A stretch of DNA of 63,476 bases, filler included, from Octopus bimaculoides (Eukaryota): NCBI RefSeq assembly GCF_001194135.2. It is 4 parts of 4 records of this genome, joined end to end, with 100 filler letters (N's around TTAATTAATTAA, not from the genome) between each part and the next. Parts side by side here need not be neighbours in the genome. Positions count along the whole stretch, not along the records: positions 1 to 22,470 come from NC_068991.1; 3 more parts are not named here. One strand, given 5' to 3'. The notes beneath the pieces were generated by a model that saw nothing but the letters and a program-made list of their open reading frames with translations, did not search any database and was not told where the DNA came from. This document shows positions 1-13,900 of the stretch, in pieces. The position numbers and the translations under genes are program-made. Position 1 is the first letter of the stretch, and every line of letters begins with the position of its first letter.

Positions 1-15
1 CATATAAACATATAT

Positions 16-174
16 ACGACAAGCTTCTTTCAGTTTCCGTCTACCAAATCCACTCACAAGGCTTTGGTTGGCCTGAGGCTTTGGTTGGCCTGAGGCTATA
101 GTAGAAGACATTTGCCCAAGGTGTCACGCAGTGGCACTGAACCTGGAACCATGTAGTTGGTAAGCAGGCTACTT
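16..174 (-). mobile_element. tRNA-derived SINE, family A
   Basis: Reverse strand has a Pol III-like head and the body GGCAAATGTCTTCTACTATAGCC...GTAGACGGAAACTGAAAGAAG shared with copies at 1168, 22320, 52786 and 63245. Contains an internal 17-bp tandem duplication (GCTTTGGTTGGCCTGAG x2). Confidence 0.85.
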
Positions 175-753
175 CGATCGGCCAGTAACTATAATAAAAG
201 ACACTTGTCCAATATTGCCGCGCAGTGAGACTGAACTCATGACTACAGGGCTAGGAAGCAAGCTTCTTAACCACACAGCCATGTCTGCACCTAGCCACAC
301 TTGTTTACTAAAAACTATTTTTATGTTTTTTTTATTTTATTTTTGCTTTTGACCCGTGAATGACCTCTGATATCTCTGATTTGCCCTTTGACATTCTCCG
401 GAAATAATTAACCTTTTTTAATACTCCACTTATTATTTTCTATGTAAATGGCCTTTGTTTAACCTTTTCGTATAATGTAAATGGTGTTTTTATTTTTATT
501 TTTAATCTGTGATTCACACAGATGACCTTTACATAAATCTCTATGTACTGGCTCGATTTGCTTGAAATAGAAACCAAATCTCCTGCAGATCATACCAATC
601 GTGTTACATAAGGAAAAGACACATCGGATGGAGAGTGTATTTTGATATTGTACTAACAAAAAGAAATAAAATAAAATAAAATAAACGTAATAGTTACGGC
701 TAGACGACATTTGATGGGAAATTTCGTTTGAACTGATCTGATATTGGTTTAAC

Positions 754-932
754 TTTGGCACAAGGCCAGCAATTTCAGAGGAGGGGGTAAGTCGATTATA
801 TAGACCCCAGTGCTCTACTGGTATTTATTCTATCGATCTCGAAAGCAAAAATCGAACCTCGGAAGAATTTGAACTCAGAACGCCGCAAAACGTTTTGCGC
901 GGCGTGCTACCGATTCTGCCAGCTCGCCGCCT
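754..932 (-). mobile_element. tRNA-derived SINE, family B
   Basis: Reverse strand reads GGCGAGCTGGCAGAATCGG (box A-like)...GAGTTCAAATTC (box B-like). More than 10 dispersed copies in the window. Confidence 0.85.
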
Positions 933-950
933 TGGGAATTGATCTGATAC

Positions 951-1128
951 TCTTTTACTTGTTTCAGTCATTTGACTGTGGCCATGCTGGAGCACCGCCT
1001 TTAGTCGAGCAAATCGACCCCAGAACTTATTCTTTGTAAGCCTAGTACTTATTCTATCGGTCTCTTTTGCCGAACTGCTAAGTTACGGGGACGTTAACAC
1101 ACCAGCATCGGTTGTCAAGCGACGCTGG
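951..1128 (-). mobile_element. SINE family C
   Basis: TCTTTTACTTGTTTCAGTCATTTGACTG...TAAGTTACGGGGAC. Inverted homologues at 52915-53072 and 47060-47197. Strand inferred from the A-rich AAAAGA tail. Confidence 0.75.
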
Positions 1129-1167
1129 AGNNNNNNNNNNTATATATATATATATATATACATATAT

Positions 1168-1325
1168 ACGACAGGCTTCTTTCAGTTTCCGTCTACCAAA
1201 TCCATTCACAAGGCTTTGGTGTGCCCGAGGCTATAGTAGTAGAAGACACTTGCCCAATGTGCCACGCAGTGGGACTGAACCCGGACCCATGTGGTTGGTA
1301 AGCAAGCTACTTACCACACAGCCAC
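1168..1325 (-). mobile_element. tRNA-derived SINE, family A
   Basis: Near-complete copy. Reverse strand GTGGCTGTGTGGTAAG (box A-like) and GGGTTCAGTCCC (box B-like), ending in a (TA)n tail. Confidence 0.9.
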
Positions 1326-1329
1326 AACT

Positions 1330-2060
1330 TCATTATCATCATCATCAACAACAACAACGACAACTATAACTGTGACCATAACGATGACAATAACAGCGAA
1401 GACAACATCAGCACTGCCAAACGATGACAACAAATAAACAGCAACAACAACAAGAATAATAACAGATTATGTCTAAATGCTAATGACCTTTGACATTTTA
1501 AAGCCAAATTTCACCTTCCTCATTACCATCACTGCCACCATTACCATCACTGCCACCCCTACCATCACCCATACCATCGCCACCGCCGCCGTCATCACAA
1601 TTACCACCACCATCATCACAGGCAATTCTATCACTACCGCTATCCCCAATTTAACCTCGGCTTCCGCCGCCGCCACCACCACCACCACCACCACCACCAC
1701 CATTACCACCACNNNNNNNNNNCACAACCACCATTACCACCACTACAACTACACCACCACCAAAACCACACCGCCACCAAAACCACCACTACAACCACCA
1801 TTACCATCAGCATTACAACCATCGCTACCACCAACACAACAACAACAAGCATCATCACTACCACCACTAACACCATCATCACTATAACGACCACTACCTC
1901 CACTATAACCATCAACACTACAACCACCATCACCACCTCCACTACAACTATCACCACTACAACCACTACCACCACCGCCACTACAACTACCACCTCCACT
2001 ACAACCATCACCACCACTACAACCACCACCACCACCACAGCCACCATCGCGATAATACCA
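1330..2060. repeat. Cryptic trinucleotide repeat tract (CAT/CAA/ACC/ACT)
   Basis: Degenerate (ACC)n/(ACT)n runs producing poly-T/V/P ORFs on both strands. Confidence 0.85.
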
Positions 2061-2486
2061 TCTGTTATTACCACACTACATCTGATGTGACGAATTTGAT
2101 TCTTGGTTAATCCATAACTATGAGGCTTAATTAACCATAGTTCTAAAACTATAATTATTAAAACCCTGATTAACTCAATCTTTGTTCACAATGATTTGGG
2201 AATTAATTAATTACGTTCACAAACAATTATCATGTTTTCATTTGTTTTGTTTCATTGCACGTATATTTTGTTTTGTTCTTATTTTCCCGAATTTCATTTA
2301 ATAAGATTATAGTTTCGTATTTCCCTCATATGATCCAATATCGCATTTTAGTTATATGATAACAAAATCGTATTTTATTCTTAAGATACAATATCATTTT
2401 TCAAGCGTATGAATCAGAATGAGGCTAAATCATAAGATTTGGATGCAAAAAAACAAAAAACAACAGTAATAATTCTTTCTATCATA

Positions 2487-2665
2487 GACACAAGGCCCGA
2501 AGGCTTAGGGGGATGGGAACTAGTCGATTACATCGACCCCAGAATTTCACTGGTATTTAATTTATCGACCCCCGAGAGGATGAAAGGCAAAGTCGATCTC
2601 GGCGGAATTTGAACTCAGAACGTGGCGACGGGCGAAATACAGCTAAGCATTTCGTCCAGCGGGCT
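2487..2665 (-). mobile_element. SINE family B
   Basis: GGATGAAAGGCAAAGTCGATCTCGGCGGAATTTGAACTCAGAACG core shared with the other copies. Confidence 0.85.
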
Positions 2666-3408
2666 AATTGTTGACTTCCTCTAGTGTATATATATATATA
2701 TATATATGTATATATNNNNNNNNNNNNNNNNNNNNNNNNNNNNNNNNNNNNNNNNNNNNNNNNNNNNNNNNNNNNNNNNNNNNNNNNNNNNNNNNNNNNN
2801 NNNNNNNNNNNNNNNNNNNNNNNNNNNNNNNNNNNNNNNNNATATATATATATATATATATATAAGCATATATGTATATACATATGTATGTATACTATAT
2901 ATACATATATATACACATTTTATTATTTTGCTTTTCTATGGCACTGGAAATAACCGATTATTACTCCGATCGTGGGACAGTGATATCACAATAATCCTCT
3001 CATCTGGGATCGTATATAAATAGTGACAGGTCTCCAAAGTAAAATATTAGTAGTAAAATAGTAAAAGCACACTAATTACGTAATTATATTTATTGGCGAA
3101 TTACCTAACTATATTAGTTCAGCTAATTAAGATAATTACGTCATTCGTCTTCTTTTATCATTTATTATTTAATATTACATTCGCTATATGTCCATCTCTT
3201 TGCGGATGGCGAAAAGACAAGATTTAAAATTTAAATTATTTCTCCATTTAAAATGCTATTTGTAATGTAAAATTTATTCAGTTTAAATACAAAAACAAAA
3301 AAAATCATCGAAAGAATTAGAAAGTTATTAACTTTACCGCTATTTTCACTTTCTCAAAAAAAAAACAGATTTTATATTCGACGCTTTTTAATTGGGTAAA
3401 TTATTGAA

Positions 3409-4185
3409 ATTCCAGAAGTTTAGAGACTTTTTCAGGTGAGACATTTATTTATTCAAAGAAGTACAAAACTCTAGTCTCCTTTTAAACAAGACCCCCGAAC
3501 TTCAATGCACATGTTGTAGCACTCCAGCCACTTCGTGAAGGCTACATGGAAATCCTCCAAAATGAAGGTGTCTAGGGCTCTTTCATTTTCTCAGTGTCTT
3601 CAAGCCGACTGCCCCTGAAGTTTTCCTTCAGCTTGGGGAACAGCCGAAAGTTACAGGGGGTCTGTAGGAGGGTGAGGGATAGTTTTGATACCCATCTCTG
3701 TCAATTCCAGGATGGAATTGTAGACTGGTGCTTTATCCTGGTGCGAGTGCTGTCGACCCGAGTGGAAGAGCTCAGGCTCTTTGCGATAAAATCTCTTCCT
3801 GAATTCCACCCCAAACCCCTACAAAATGCTTTTTGTTGACCGTGTGGCCAGAGAGAATCCATTGTATGTAAATAATGCCCTTGTAGTCGAAAAGGAACTT
3901 GCTGGTGGGCTGCCTTTGCTTGGCCGCTTGTGTCAGCGAAAAACAGATTCCAAATTGTCTTGACATCCCGACAGCATTCTGCAAAGCAGTCAGCTGTGAC
4001 ATGCAGAGTTTAATAGGGTGTGTTCAAAGTGCTATTACAACAATATCCTTCAATCTGAAATACAAAAATGTTGGCAGGTCAGCTTATTAGATGTATAGTA
4101 TTGATATACTAAAATTGCAATAATCTAGAACAATTATAACTGACTCTCCTAAAAGGGTCTCAAAACTTCTGGAATGCACAGCATA
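3409..4185 (-). mobile_element. Internally deleted mariner (Tc1/mariner) element with transposase pseudogene
   Basis: TIR pair ATTCCAGAAGTTTAGAGAC (3409-3427) / GTCTCAAAACTTCTGGAAT (4157-4175), 18/19 match. Reverse translation gives FLFDYKGIIYIQW..GHTVNK, GIKTIPHPP (decayed YSPDLAP region), FRLFPKLKENFRG and FTKWLECYNMCIEVRG, typical of mariner C-terminal halves. Confidence 0.85.
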
Positions 4186-5671
4186 GCTTGCCTTTCCCAG
4201 TGAAGGTTTAATAAGTTCTTTTAATATTGTTTAGCTCACATTTATTTTTAAAATATTTTGTTTCATATTCTACAAGCTCAGTACATACATTCTACATAAA
4301 TTACATTACCTAGAAGACGTTTTCATAAACAACGTTCCTAGTCAATTTTCTGTATTTATTATGAATGTCTTTTTGGCTGTGTAGTTGAATATTCATTGAT
4401 CCGCAAAGAATCTCGAATTTGATTTTATGTCCTCAATGACGAAAATTCTCTAGCTAAGCCGAGGAGACTAAATCACGACAAAACAATATGTCTGCCAATC
4501 TACCGCCGTTCTGAGCGAAGCTCTTTACTTTACACGNNNNNNNNNNNNNNNNNNNNNNNNNNNNNNNNNNNNNNNNNNNNNNNNNNNNNNNNNNNNNNNN
4601 NNNNNNNNNNNNNNNNNNNNNNNNNNNNNNNNNNNNNNNNNNNNNNNNNNNNNNNNNNNNNNNNNNNNNNNNNNNNNNNNNNNNNNNNNNNNNNNNNNNN
4701 NNNNNNNNNNNNNNNNNNNNNNNNNNNNNNNNNNNNNNNNNNNNNNNNNNNNNNNNNNNNNNNNNNNNNNNNNNNNNNNNNNNNNNNNNNNNNNNNNNNN
4801 NNNNNNNNNNNNNNNNNNNNNNNNNTATTTGTATTATAGGAATTATTTTCTGGAGAAAGAGAGCACACTAAATATTTGGAAGTATTCCTAATGAAGTCTG
4901 TTTAGATATTCAGTGCCGTCTTCTGAATTATTTTGGTGAGACAGCTTTAGGAATTTACATGTTTTATTAATAACAAGTAATTAACAGAGGAAAATTAATG
5001 AATAAATAACTGCAATGATGGATATTTTTCAGTAAAAAAAAAACATGTAAAAGAGAAACATTGGATATTTATTTATGTGTATTTACTGTTTTGCAGTCAA
5101 CAGGAATTATATAACAGAAAAATTTAAATAAATGGAACATTTTAAGAAATACGTTTACAAAATTATTAATGTCAATGTTTTCAAATGACTGTTGAAATAA
5201 TAAGTTATAAATAACTCTTTCAAATACAGACACAAGGCCTGAAATTTTGGGGGAAGGGGTAGTTGATTTTATCAAATCCAGTGCTGATGTTTAATTTATC
5301 GACTCAACCCCGAAAGGATGAAAGGAAAAAATAAAAATCGCAATGGGTAAAATTTGAATTCACTGATAACACAATGTCTGATCATATTCTGATCCCGACA
5401 GAGATTTTTAAATTTTGAAAATGCTTTTTAAAATATAGATATTGTAGCTGGGTTAAAATCGTTATTTCTAAGAAAAATCACGACAAATTTAGACATTTAG
5501 CATTTTCCACAACGAACCATTTGACAATTGCTGCCCCTTCTTGAACTTACAATGCCGCAGGGTGGTGGTGGAGAAGCGCTCCTACCAAGATTAAGAAACA
5601 CCGAGATAAATTCTGTATATTACACTACTTTCTTTTTTAACTTCTGCAAATGAAATATGTCACTTACAAAT

Positions 5672-5870
5672 TTTGGCACAGGGGCAAAAGTTTTGAGGGA
5701 AATCGATAACATCGACCCCACCGTACTTGCCTGGTACTTATTTTATTGACCCCGAAAGGATGAAAGGTAAAGTCAGCCTCGGAGGAATTTGAACTCAGAA
5801 CGTAAAGACGGACGAAATGCCACGAAGTATTGTGTCCAGCGTGCTAAAGATTCTGCCGGCTCACTGCCTT
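5672..5870 (-). mobile_element. SINE family B
   Basis: Full core with GAATTTGAACTCAGAACGTAAAGACGGACGAAATG. A partial copy also lies at 5229-5325. Confidence 0.85.
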
Positions 5871-6177
5871 TTTCTAATTAATTATATTTATCAAAATCAT
5901 AAAGATGCTGAGGATGACTTGCACGAATCCAAATAAATAAAACTCTTGTCCACCCAATTGCTAATGATATCCTTAACCCATATGAAACGATTTAAAGCAT
6001 TCCTACTAAAAATAGTCTTCCACACAAGACTCACACAAAACAAAATATTTTCAAACTCAGCTGTAAATAGCAACGCAAAACCTAATGATTTGCACTTCAT
6101 ATAAAGACGGAAAACAAAGCTTAACTCCCCTTCAACAACATCAAAAGGCGCTTCTTACGTGGTGATGAAAGTAGAAT

Positions 6178-6210
<33 letters not shown>

Positions 6211-7439
6211 ATATCAAAATGATGTTATAATACTATTCCACAGCCATACCAACAATCCAATAATACTATTCAACACATACAAATACAGCCATAGTAGCGG
6301 TAGCAGTGGTGGTGCTGGTGCTGGTGGTGATGGTGGTGCTGGTGGTGGTGGTGGTGGTGGTGGTAGTGCTGGTGGTGGTTGAGCCCGTTAGTGATAGAGT
6401 GAAAGAAATTTCACGACTGGGGTTTATGTTTAAATTTCGAAAATTTTGCTCATTTTCAATCAACTTTTCTAAACACCATACCGAAACAGATCATATCATA
6501 TCTGATATTCTACACCTGTTCGAATAGATAATTTTCCAGATATCTAATATATGAAAATTGACAATTTTCGTGACTGGGGTTATATTTAAATTTCCAATCT
6601 ATTTATAAAGTGTGAAATTTCTTCATAATTATTCACCTCCTCCTTTCTTTCCCCCCCTCATACAAAAGAATAAAACATGATGAAATTCATCGATTGTGTG
6701 TGTGTGCATCTGTATGTATACATATATATATGCATGTATGTATGCTTGTGTGTGTGTATGTATATATATTATATATAAACACATATATACATATATATAT
6801 GAGAAAAAAATTCGAAAATGTTCTGCACCTGCCAGAATAGATAATATACAAATTGTTAATTTCTTTCTTTATTGATTTATTTTTTATTTAATAATTTTTA
6901 TAAGTTTGAATTTAGATATCTTGTAAAACAAAACAACAACAAAAAATAGATAAAAGAATAGAATAGTAGCTATAGAAAATACGGAATGAAAAATATTTGA
7001 TAAAGAAGTCTAACTTCATTGATAAAATATACCGAATCCAAAAAAATTTCGAAAATTACTAAATTAGCCATTAGTGTCAGAAAACAGTCTGCGATTATAC
7101 TACTAAGCTAATACGTCGCCCGGTTTAACGCTTCAAGTCTTATGTCTGGAGCGGCTTAAGTGAAGGCCACTACGTTGCAATCGTCTCCGCACATCACTAA
7201 TCTAAGAACTCAACAAGTCGATATTTTGAAGTGCTGTTTCCATTACTACAGCTATCCATAAGTGGTGGGGGGTTTTTTNNNNNNNNNNNNNNNNNNNNNN
7301 NNNNNNNNNNNNNNNNNNNNNNNNNNNNNNNNNNNNNNNNNNNNNNNNNNNNNNNNNNNNNNNNNNNNNNNNNNNAGAAGAAGAAGAAGAAGAAGAAGAA
7401 GAAGAAGAAGAAGAAGAAGAATTCTGTGTTCTGAATTAT

Positions 7440-7635
7440 TGACCTTGAACTCTGCTGTGCATGTGCACTAAGTTTGAACGTTCTAGCTCGCTTCTGCTGT
7501 TCACAACAATGCATGGAAGGAAGATGGACAGCGTGTGATCGTCGCATTGAACATGACGGAGAAAGTTGAGCAGAGAATCTGCATCAAATTTTGCCAAAAG
7601 CTTGGCGATACCTGCTCAGAGGCTTATGCAAAGTT
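7440..7635 (+). mobile_element. Mariner transposase 5' fragment
   Basis: ATG at 7553 reads MTEKVEQRICIKFCQKLGDTCSEAYAK, matching the mariner N-terminal EQRxxIKFCxxLG HTH motif. Confidence 0.75.
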
Positions 7636-10528
7636 TTCAAACAGTTTTCATCGTTCTCGTTACAACCAAAATCTTGTGCGACTGAAACTCGTCTTGTAGG
7701 GGCACCGTATTTCGTTATGCACCGTATTTCGTTATGCAACCAAGGACACCGTTTTCCGTTATGCAACCATAATATACTTCAAAGTATATTAAAAGCTTTA
7801 TAAAGTCAAAAATGTGTTCTACTGTGTTAGTAGTGCTATTAAAACACTTGTTAAGTGTATCTCTCCGAACTATAGCTAGCTATAGTCTTTATAGAAAATT
7901 TGTAGAGATAACTTTTACAAAAATTTATTTCCAAAAATTTATTTCCAAAAATTATAATTATTGCCAGTTCAGTTTTTGTTGTAACTCCTGGAGTTTTGCA
8001 TGCGTAGCGTATTTGCTACCTTCAGCCTACGGTAATATGCTATCTGTTCTTTTCAACTATCTAATACTTTCCAGATGATTCTGTATGGTGGTATATAACA
8101 CACTGATTATATGTTACAAGTCTTGCTTCAGACTAATAGAAAAAAAAAAAAAGAATATGACATTGTATGACAATTATTGCATCACCCTAATAATAAAAAA
8201 AAAAGAATATGACATACCACATGACAATTATTGCATCAGCCATATGCGCATAATATATTGCAAAAGACTTTTCTGGGAATTGTTGTATTATCTGTAAACT
8301 GGAATCGAGAAGTAATTGGTTTAATATTTTATTGCTTCATCGAATTTTGCGCATTGTGTTAACACTACATTTAACTATTTAAAATGTCTTGCAATTACAT
8401 AAAAAAAAAAAGAAAAAAAAGCTATCCTGAAGATTTTGTTAAGTCTGCAGAAATTCACTCCTAAATAGAAAATGTAAAATTAACACAGCAATAAGAAAAT
8501 CGTGGCCATCTATATTTTGTTTGCGTGTAAGTACAGTTTAGCTGAATGTTTAAGAAGTAAGTTTGTTTTGCAGGCATGAGGTCCCGGGTTCGATCCTACA
8601 GCGTGGCATCAGAAGCGAATGTCATTTTCTATAGCCTCAGGTGGATGAAAACCCTGTAAGACGAAAACTGGGCAGGCGGAAGTTGTTTGAATGCCCATCG
8701 GGTGAATTGTACTTGTAACTCAAAAGTAATAGCTTTGTCTTATACTGTATCACGCTGAATTTGTCTCTGAGAATTATGTTAAGGTTACACGTGTCTGCTG
8801 AATGCCCAGTCACTGACACGTTAATTCAGGAGCAGGTAATTCAGTTGATCGAATAACTGAATCCTCATCGTCAAACGACAAGATCCACCATATTTTGCTA
8901 ACAAAATAGTCGAGATAAGAGACTACCCACCTCCTTCAAATTTATTACGACTATTCTTTTCAGAGAGTTTTAAAATGTCGATAAATGGTTTGCTGAGGTG
9001 CATGCCTTTTATAACACTTATGGTATGAAGAAAATCCAAAGATCATAACAATGTCTGCTGTTTCTGTTAAAAAGTAGAACCCAAGAAGAAAAGAATACAT
9101 TATCTTAACTAATCGCCAGTTGTACGGTTACCCCAAATGGTGATGGAATTTTCATTCTATGGACCCCCTCAAGGATATGTCCTATCTTCAGATTCAGAAA
9201 ACGAGGAGCGTTAGGTGTCTCATAATCGGTTTTTTTTTAAAGTGAATCTATAGAGCTATATAAACTTCTTTAAGTTAAATTAAATGATTTTGTAAGAGAG
9301 CTAAATTGATCAAAAGTTAAAGCAGAACTTCAAAGTTCAAGGCTAAAGCAATGTAATCTACTTGCTTACACACGTTCATATTTATGCTCTCGTGGAACTT
9401 ATCAACTCAAATCACAATCCAACCGAAAGAAAACTATTCGTAGATTCTTCAAAACTTTGTTGAAAATGCAGTTTCATTACACATTACTATCTTGTTGCCA
9501 TCAATTCCCATATGACGTTCTACGTTTTTTGAAAGAAACGCGATAATAATAAGTAATTTGTGGTATTCTATGAATTACGACAATCATCAATGGATATTTG
9601 AAATGAAATGAATTGAAAGTTGTAGGGTTTTTGTTTGGACTACAATCTGGTTATACAAAATACTGTTGCGTTTTATTCGAATAGAACAGTTGCGCTAGGG
9701 ATTCAAATTAGATCCAGAAAGAATTGACTAAAATAAAATGTCTTGAACTGTTGATCAGCTTACGGCTGTCTTTTAAAAGATTTACACATTAGTCTGTTAG
9801 TATTTCCCCAAAAAAAACACATATTCTCCTTCTCTACCATTCTTTTATGTCTTACTTCTTAAACCTTTGTTATTAAATTTAGTTATTATGTTACTCTCAA
9901 AATTAATTCCTAAACCCATGTTTACCTTTTCTGCCTGTCCTTGAAATCCCTGCCTCCATTCTTTACTTTCATTATAATAATTCTCTTCATATTTATTCAC
10001 TTAAATCTGTACCTTAGCAACTACGTAAACACTGAAATATAATCAATTACTCCGTTCTTATTTACTTACATTTCAAATAATTATATTCTTATTATATTTT
10101 TACTTATTCTCGCTGTTCCCAATTATATTTTCATATTAGGATCTTCCTTTTTATCTTATCTTATCGATCGTTGTTTCCTTTTACCTCCAATATCTTTTCT
10201 TATTTCATCCAATTATTTTAATTTTTTTTTCTGAATCGTTTTAACGCTTCATAAAAACTATATAATTCTCTTTTATTTATTTTTTTTTTCTTCGAAATTT
10301 ACCCGATATAACACTTCAGCACTTCAGGTTATGTACCGAACCAATACACTACTCAAAATAGAATGGCACTTTCATCCATCTTCACAATATTCCTCTCAAT
10401 TCCAATTTTTTTCAATTTAATTGCTTTTAGTTATTTTGAAAAAAAAAAAATGTTCAATCCCCATTAAACGTTCTCCCTCTTTCTACTAATTTTATCCTTC
10501 ATAAAATTCTCCCACATATATATATATA

Positions 10529-10563
<35 letters not shown>

Positions 10564-10593
10564 TATTTATACATATATGGATGGATGTGTATA

Positions 10594-10800
10594 TCAGGCT
10601 GAGTAAAAAATAAGCAACGTTTTAAAACATGAAATTTATCACTATATATTTCAACAATGCGGACATTTTATTCATCAAAGTAATTACCATTACAATCAAC
10701 ACATTTTTGCCAACAATTTACAAGTTTGTTTATTCCAGTAACATAAAAATCTGGAGTTCTGGAGCTGATGAAATCTTTGAACGTCCTCTTCTGTTGACCA
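10594..10800 (-). mobile_element. Mariner 3' end with probable TIR
   Basis: Reverse translation FKDFISSRTPDFYVTGINKLVNCWQKCVDCNGNYFDE* (mariner C-terminus WxKCxxxxGxYF). TA followed by TIR-like TCAGGCTGAGTAAAAAATAAGCAACG at 10594. A possible upstream remnant at 11290-11370 lies beyond the microsatellite block. Confidence 0.75.
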
Positions 10801-10862
10801 GTCTGGAACGGAGGAGTAGTAGTTTTTCGTTCATTTTGGCAAAAATGTATATACACATTTAG

Positions 10863-10987
10863 ACAAACAGACAGACAGACAGACAGATAAATAGATATAC
10901 ATACATATATGTATGTGTATGTGCGTGTGTGAGAGAGAGAGAAAGAGAGAGAGAGAGAAAGAGAGAGAGTATTATATATATATATAT

Positions 10988-11023
<36 letters not shown>

Positions 11024-11088
11024 ACATATATATATATGTATATATATATATGCACACACACATACATATACACACANNNNNNNNNNAT

Positions 11089-11141
<53 letters not shown>

Positions 11142-11240
11142 CATACACATACGTACATACATATATATGCACACACACACACATACATACACAGACATAC
11201 GTACGTATATATGTTCACACACATACATACATATACATAT

Positions 11241-11289
<49 letters not shown>
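10863..11289. repeat. Compound microsatellite (GACA/GA/TA/CA)
   Basis: Directly visible tandem di- and tetranucleotide runs. Confidence 0.95.
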
Positions 11290-11291
<2 letters not shown>

Positions 11292-12308
11292 GACGTATTT
11301 CGACAATCTTCACAGCAGACGGCACATTTATTTTTCTCCATACGTCGTCAATTCTTAGATCTTAGCAGCGAATCTAGTTACATAATGTAGTTTTCTCAGA
11401 AGTGCAATTCCTTTCATCGTAAATGCTTCTGCTGTGACATCTCTGTAATTTCTCAGTAAGTCTCAAAACATCGTCTGCAGTGATCAATACTACTTTTCGT
11501 AGATCCAATTGGTTATCAATATAGAAAATGGTTTATCTCCGTGTCAATTGAATTACTATCACATACTGAATCTATCTCGTTTGCCACAAGCATTGGCTTG
11601 CAACTCTTGGTTTTAGTCGAACGAAATTTGATATATAAAAATCAATAGTTTTACTAACTGAAAATATCGCTATTTTCATCTACATTTAACATGTGATAAA
11701 AGTCCTTGTGGATATCACACATAAAACACATTGGTTAAACGATATGGTTTAATGCACTCAGCATTAAAAAAAAGAAATTCAACCATTTATATTTTTTCCT
11801 TGCGACAGTTTTCTGAAGGTGTAACGTATGGTTGTAGAAAATCTAAAGACAAAGTATTGAGAAAATCCATGGGAATGACAAATGATCAATGTTGTCACTC
11901 AAAATAATTGTAAATAGCAAAATTGATAGAGCAATGAACAAATTTCTCTTGAGGTCTTTTGGTACTTTTGTGGAAGTTAAGTTCGAATCCCACCGAGGAC
12001 AGCTTTGCTTTTAGTCCGTCCAAGGTCGATAAAATAAGTATCTGTCAATTGTACTGCGATCGATTGCATCTTCTCAATCGGCTTCTCAAAATCTGTGGCA
12101 TTGTGAATATCTAACAAATCAGTGTTATCAATAATCGATATTTTCATTTGATTTCGTTGCTTGAACACGTTCACTTACTTTCATCTTGGTTTTCTAGCAG
12201 AATTTCATTCGATTACTGATTTAGTCGACTGCTTTACGAAATTATTCTTTATCTGATGTAATTCTTTCAAGTGGACATTTTGATTGCAATGTCACTTTAG
12301 GCAGTACC

Positions 12309-12760
12309 TACACACATACACACTCATACATACATACATACATACATACATACATACATACATACATACATACATACATACATACATGCATGCATACATA
12401 CATACATTCATACATACATACGTACGTACGTACGTATGAACACAAATACATACATGCATGCATGCATATATACATACATGCATACATACATGCATACATA
12501 CATGCATGTATACATACATATATACATACATACTTACATACATACATACATATATACATATATACATACATACATACATACATACGTACGTACGTACATA
12601 CGTACGTATGAACACAAGTACATACATGCATGCATACATACATAAATACATACATACATACATACATACATACATACATACATACATTCATACATACATA
12701 CATAAATACATACATACATACATACATACATACATACATACATACATACATACATACGTA
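12309..12760. repeat. (ACAT)n compound satellite with internal higher-order duplication
   Basis: CATA runs, with the block CGTACGTATGAACACAA(A/G)TACATACATGCATGCAT present twice (~12425 and ~12600). Confidence 0.95.
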
Positions 12761-12984
12761 CTGAAAGCTTTACATCGGAGTGACCTTCTCCTGGGTGAAT
12801 TGCCTTACAGGGGTGAAGAGCATACCTATTATTATTGGAGCGACAGGATATGTACCAACTCGTCTGGAGCAAAGTATGGCTGAACTTGGGTTTTTGTGAG
12901 GGAAAGGAATACAAATTCTTAGTTCATTCACTACAAATGATCATAATATCGGATGCAATAATAAAATGTAAGACCTTCTTAATA

Positions 12985-13314
12985 GGAGCATGGCTCAGTG
13001 GTTAGAGCGTCGAGCTTACGATCGTGAGGTTGGGAGTTGGATTCCCGGACTGGGCTGCGTGTTGTGTTCTTGAGCAAGACACTTTATTTCACGTTGCTCC
13101 AGTTCACTCAGCTGTAGAAATGAGTTGCGACATCAATGGTGCCAAGCTGTATTGACCTTTGCCTTTCCCTTGGATAACATCAGTGGTGTGGAGAGGGGAG
13201 GCTGGTATGCATGGGCGATTACTGGCCTTTCACAAACAACCTTGCCTGGACTTGTGCCTGGGAGGGTAACTTTCTAGGTGCAATCCCATGGTCATTCATG
13301 ACCGAAGGGGGTCT
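12985..13314 (+). mobile_element. tRNA-derived SINE family D with V/CORE-like central block
   Basis: Box A TGGCTCAGTGGTTAG, box B GAGTTGGATTCCC, central CTTGAGCAAGACACTTTATTTCAC. Inverted full copy at 56998-57330. Confidence 0.9.
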
Positions 13315-13544
13315 CCTCCTCTTAATCTTTAAATGATGATGAACGAAACAAGATGATTTCCTTTACAACCTTACTACCAGGTAGTTGGCTGGTCAAAGTT
13401 AACTCTAAATTAAGAAGAAAAACATACGTTCATACACACATGCATACATAAATACATACATACACACACACGTACATACATACATACATACATACATACA
13501 TACATACATACATACATACATACATACATACATACGTATGATGT

Positions 13545-13900
13545 TAACTTTATACCTTCTTATCAAAAAGAATGGTACTAAATTCGACTTTTCTATGTTA
13601 CAGAGATCTATGTTTCTATCCTCACCAAAAGGCACGCCCCGGTCCCTAACAGACAGGTGTGCTGTCTCCTCTTCCTCTCTCTTTTCCATCGCTACTGGTA
13701 TATATAGCCTTTGTTCCTCGAAGCTGTCTAGTATCACACCTACTTCACTCAGGTAACCTCGGCCTACTCCTCTCGTTACTCTTGTTGGGTCTAACCACTC
13801 TCAATACCCAGCACTAGCCGCCATGTCCATTCTTCACTCCCTAAACCATCTTACTCTTGCAATTGTCTTCTTGTTTATGTCTTTTCTGCAGGTGTCAATC
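13545..13900 (-). pseudogene. Possible decayed LINE apurinic-endonuclease fragment
   Basis: Reverse translation EWLDPTRVTRGVGRGYLSEVGVILD loosely resembles the GGVGxLV region of CR1/L2/RTE endonucleases. Weak similarity. Confidence 0.3.

Noticed and set aside
1473-2074. Thr/Pro-rich, mucin-like ORFs
   Set aside because: They arise from ACC/ACT/CAT trinucleotide repeats, are open on both strands, and have no splice or domain support.
10668-12914. Many overlapping 60-212 aa ORFs (VCVC, YIYI, MYVC, HTHT)
   Set aside because: Translations of di- and tetranucleotide microsatellites. The same applies to similar ORFs throughout the window and to ORFs made mostly of X from N gaps.
12985-13060. tRNA gene
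   Set aside because: It has box A and B but continues into a repeated SINE body and lacks a complete acceptor stem. The same holds for the other SINE heads and the tRNA-like fragments near 14780-14830 and 55490-55520.
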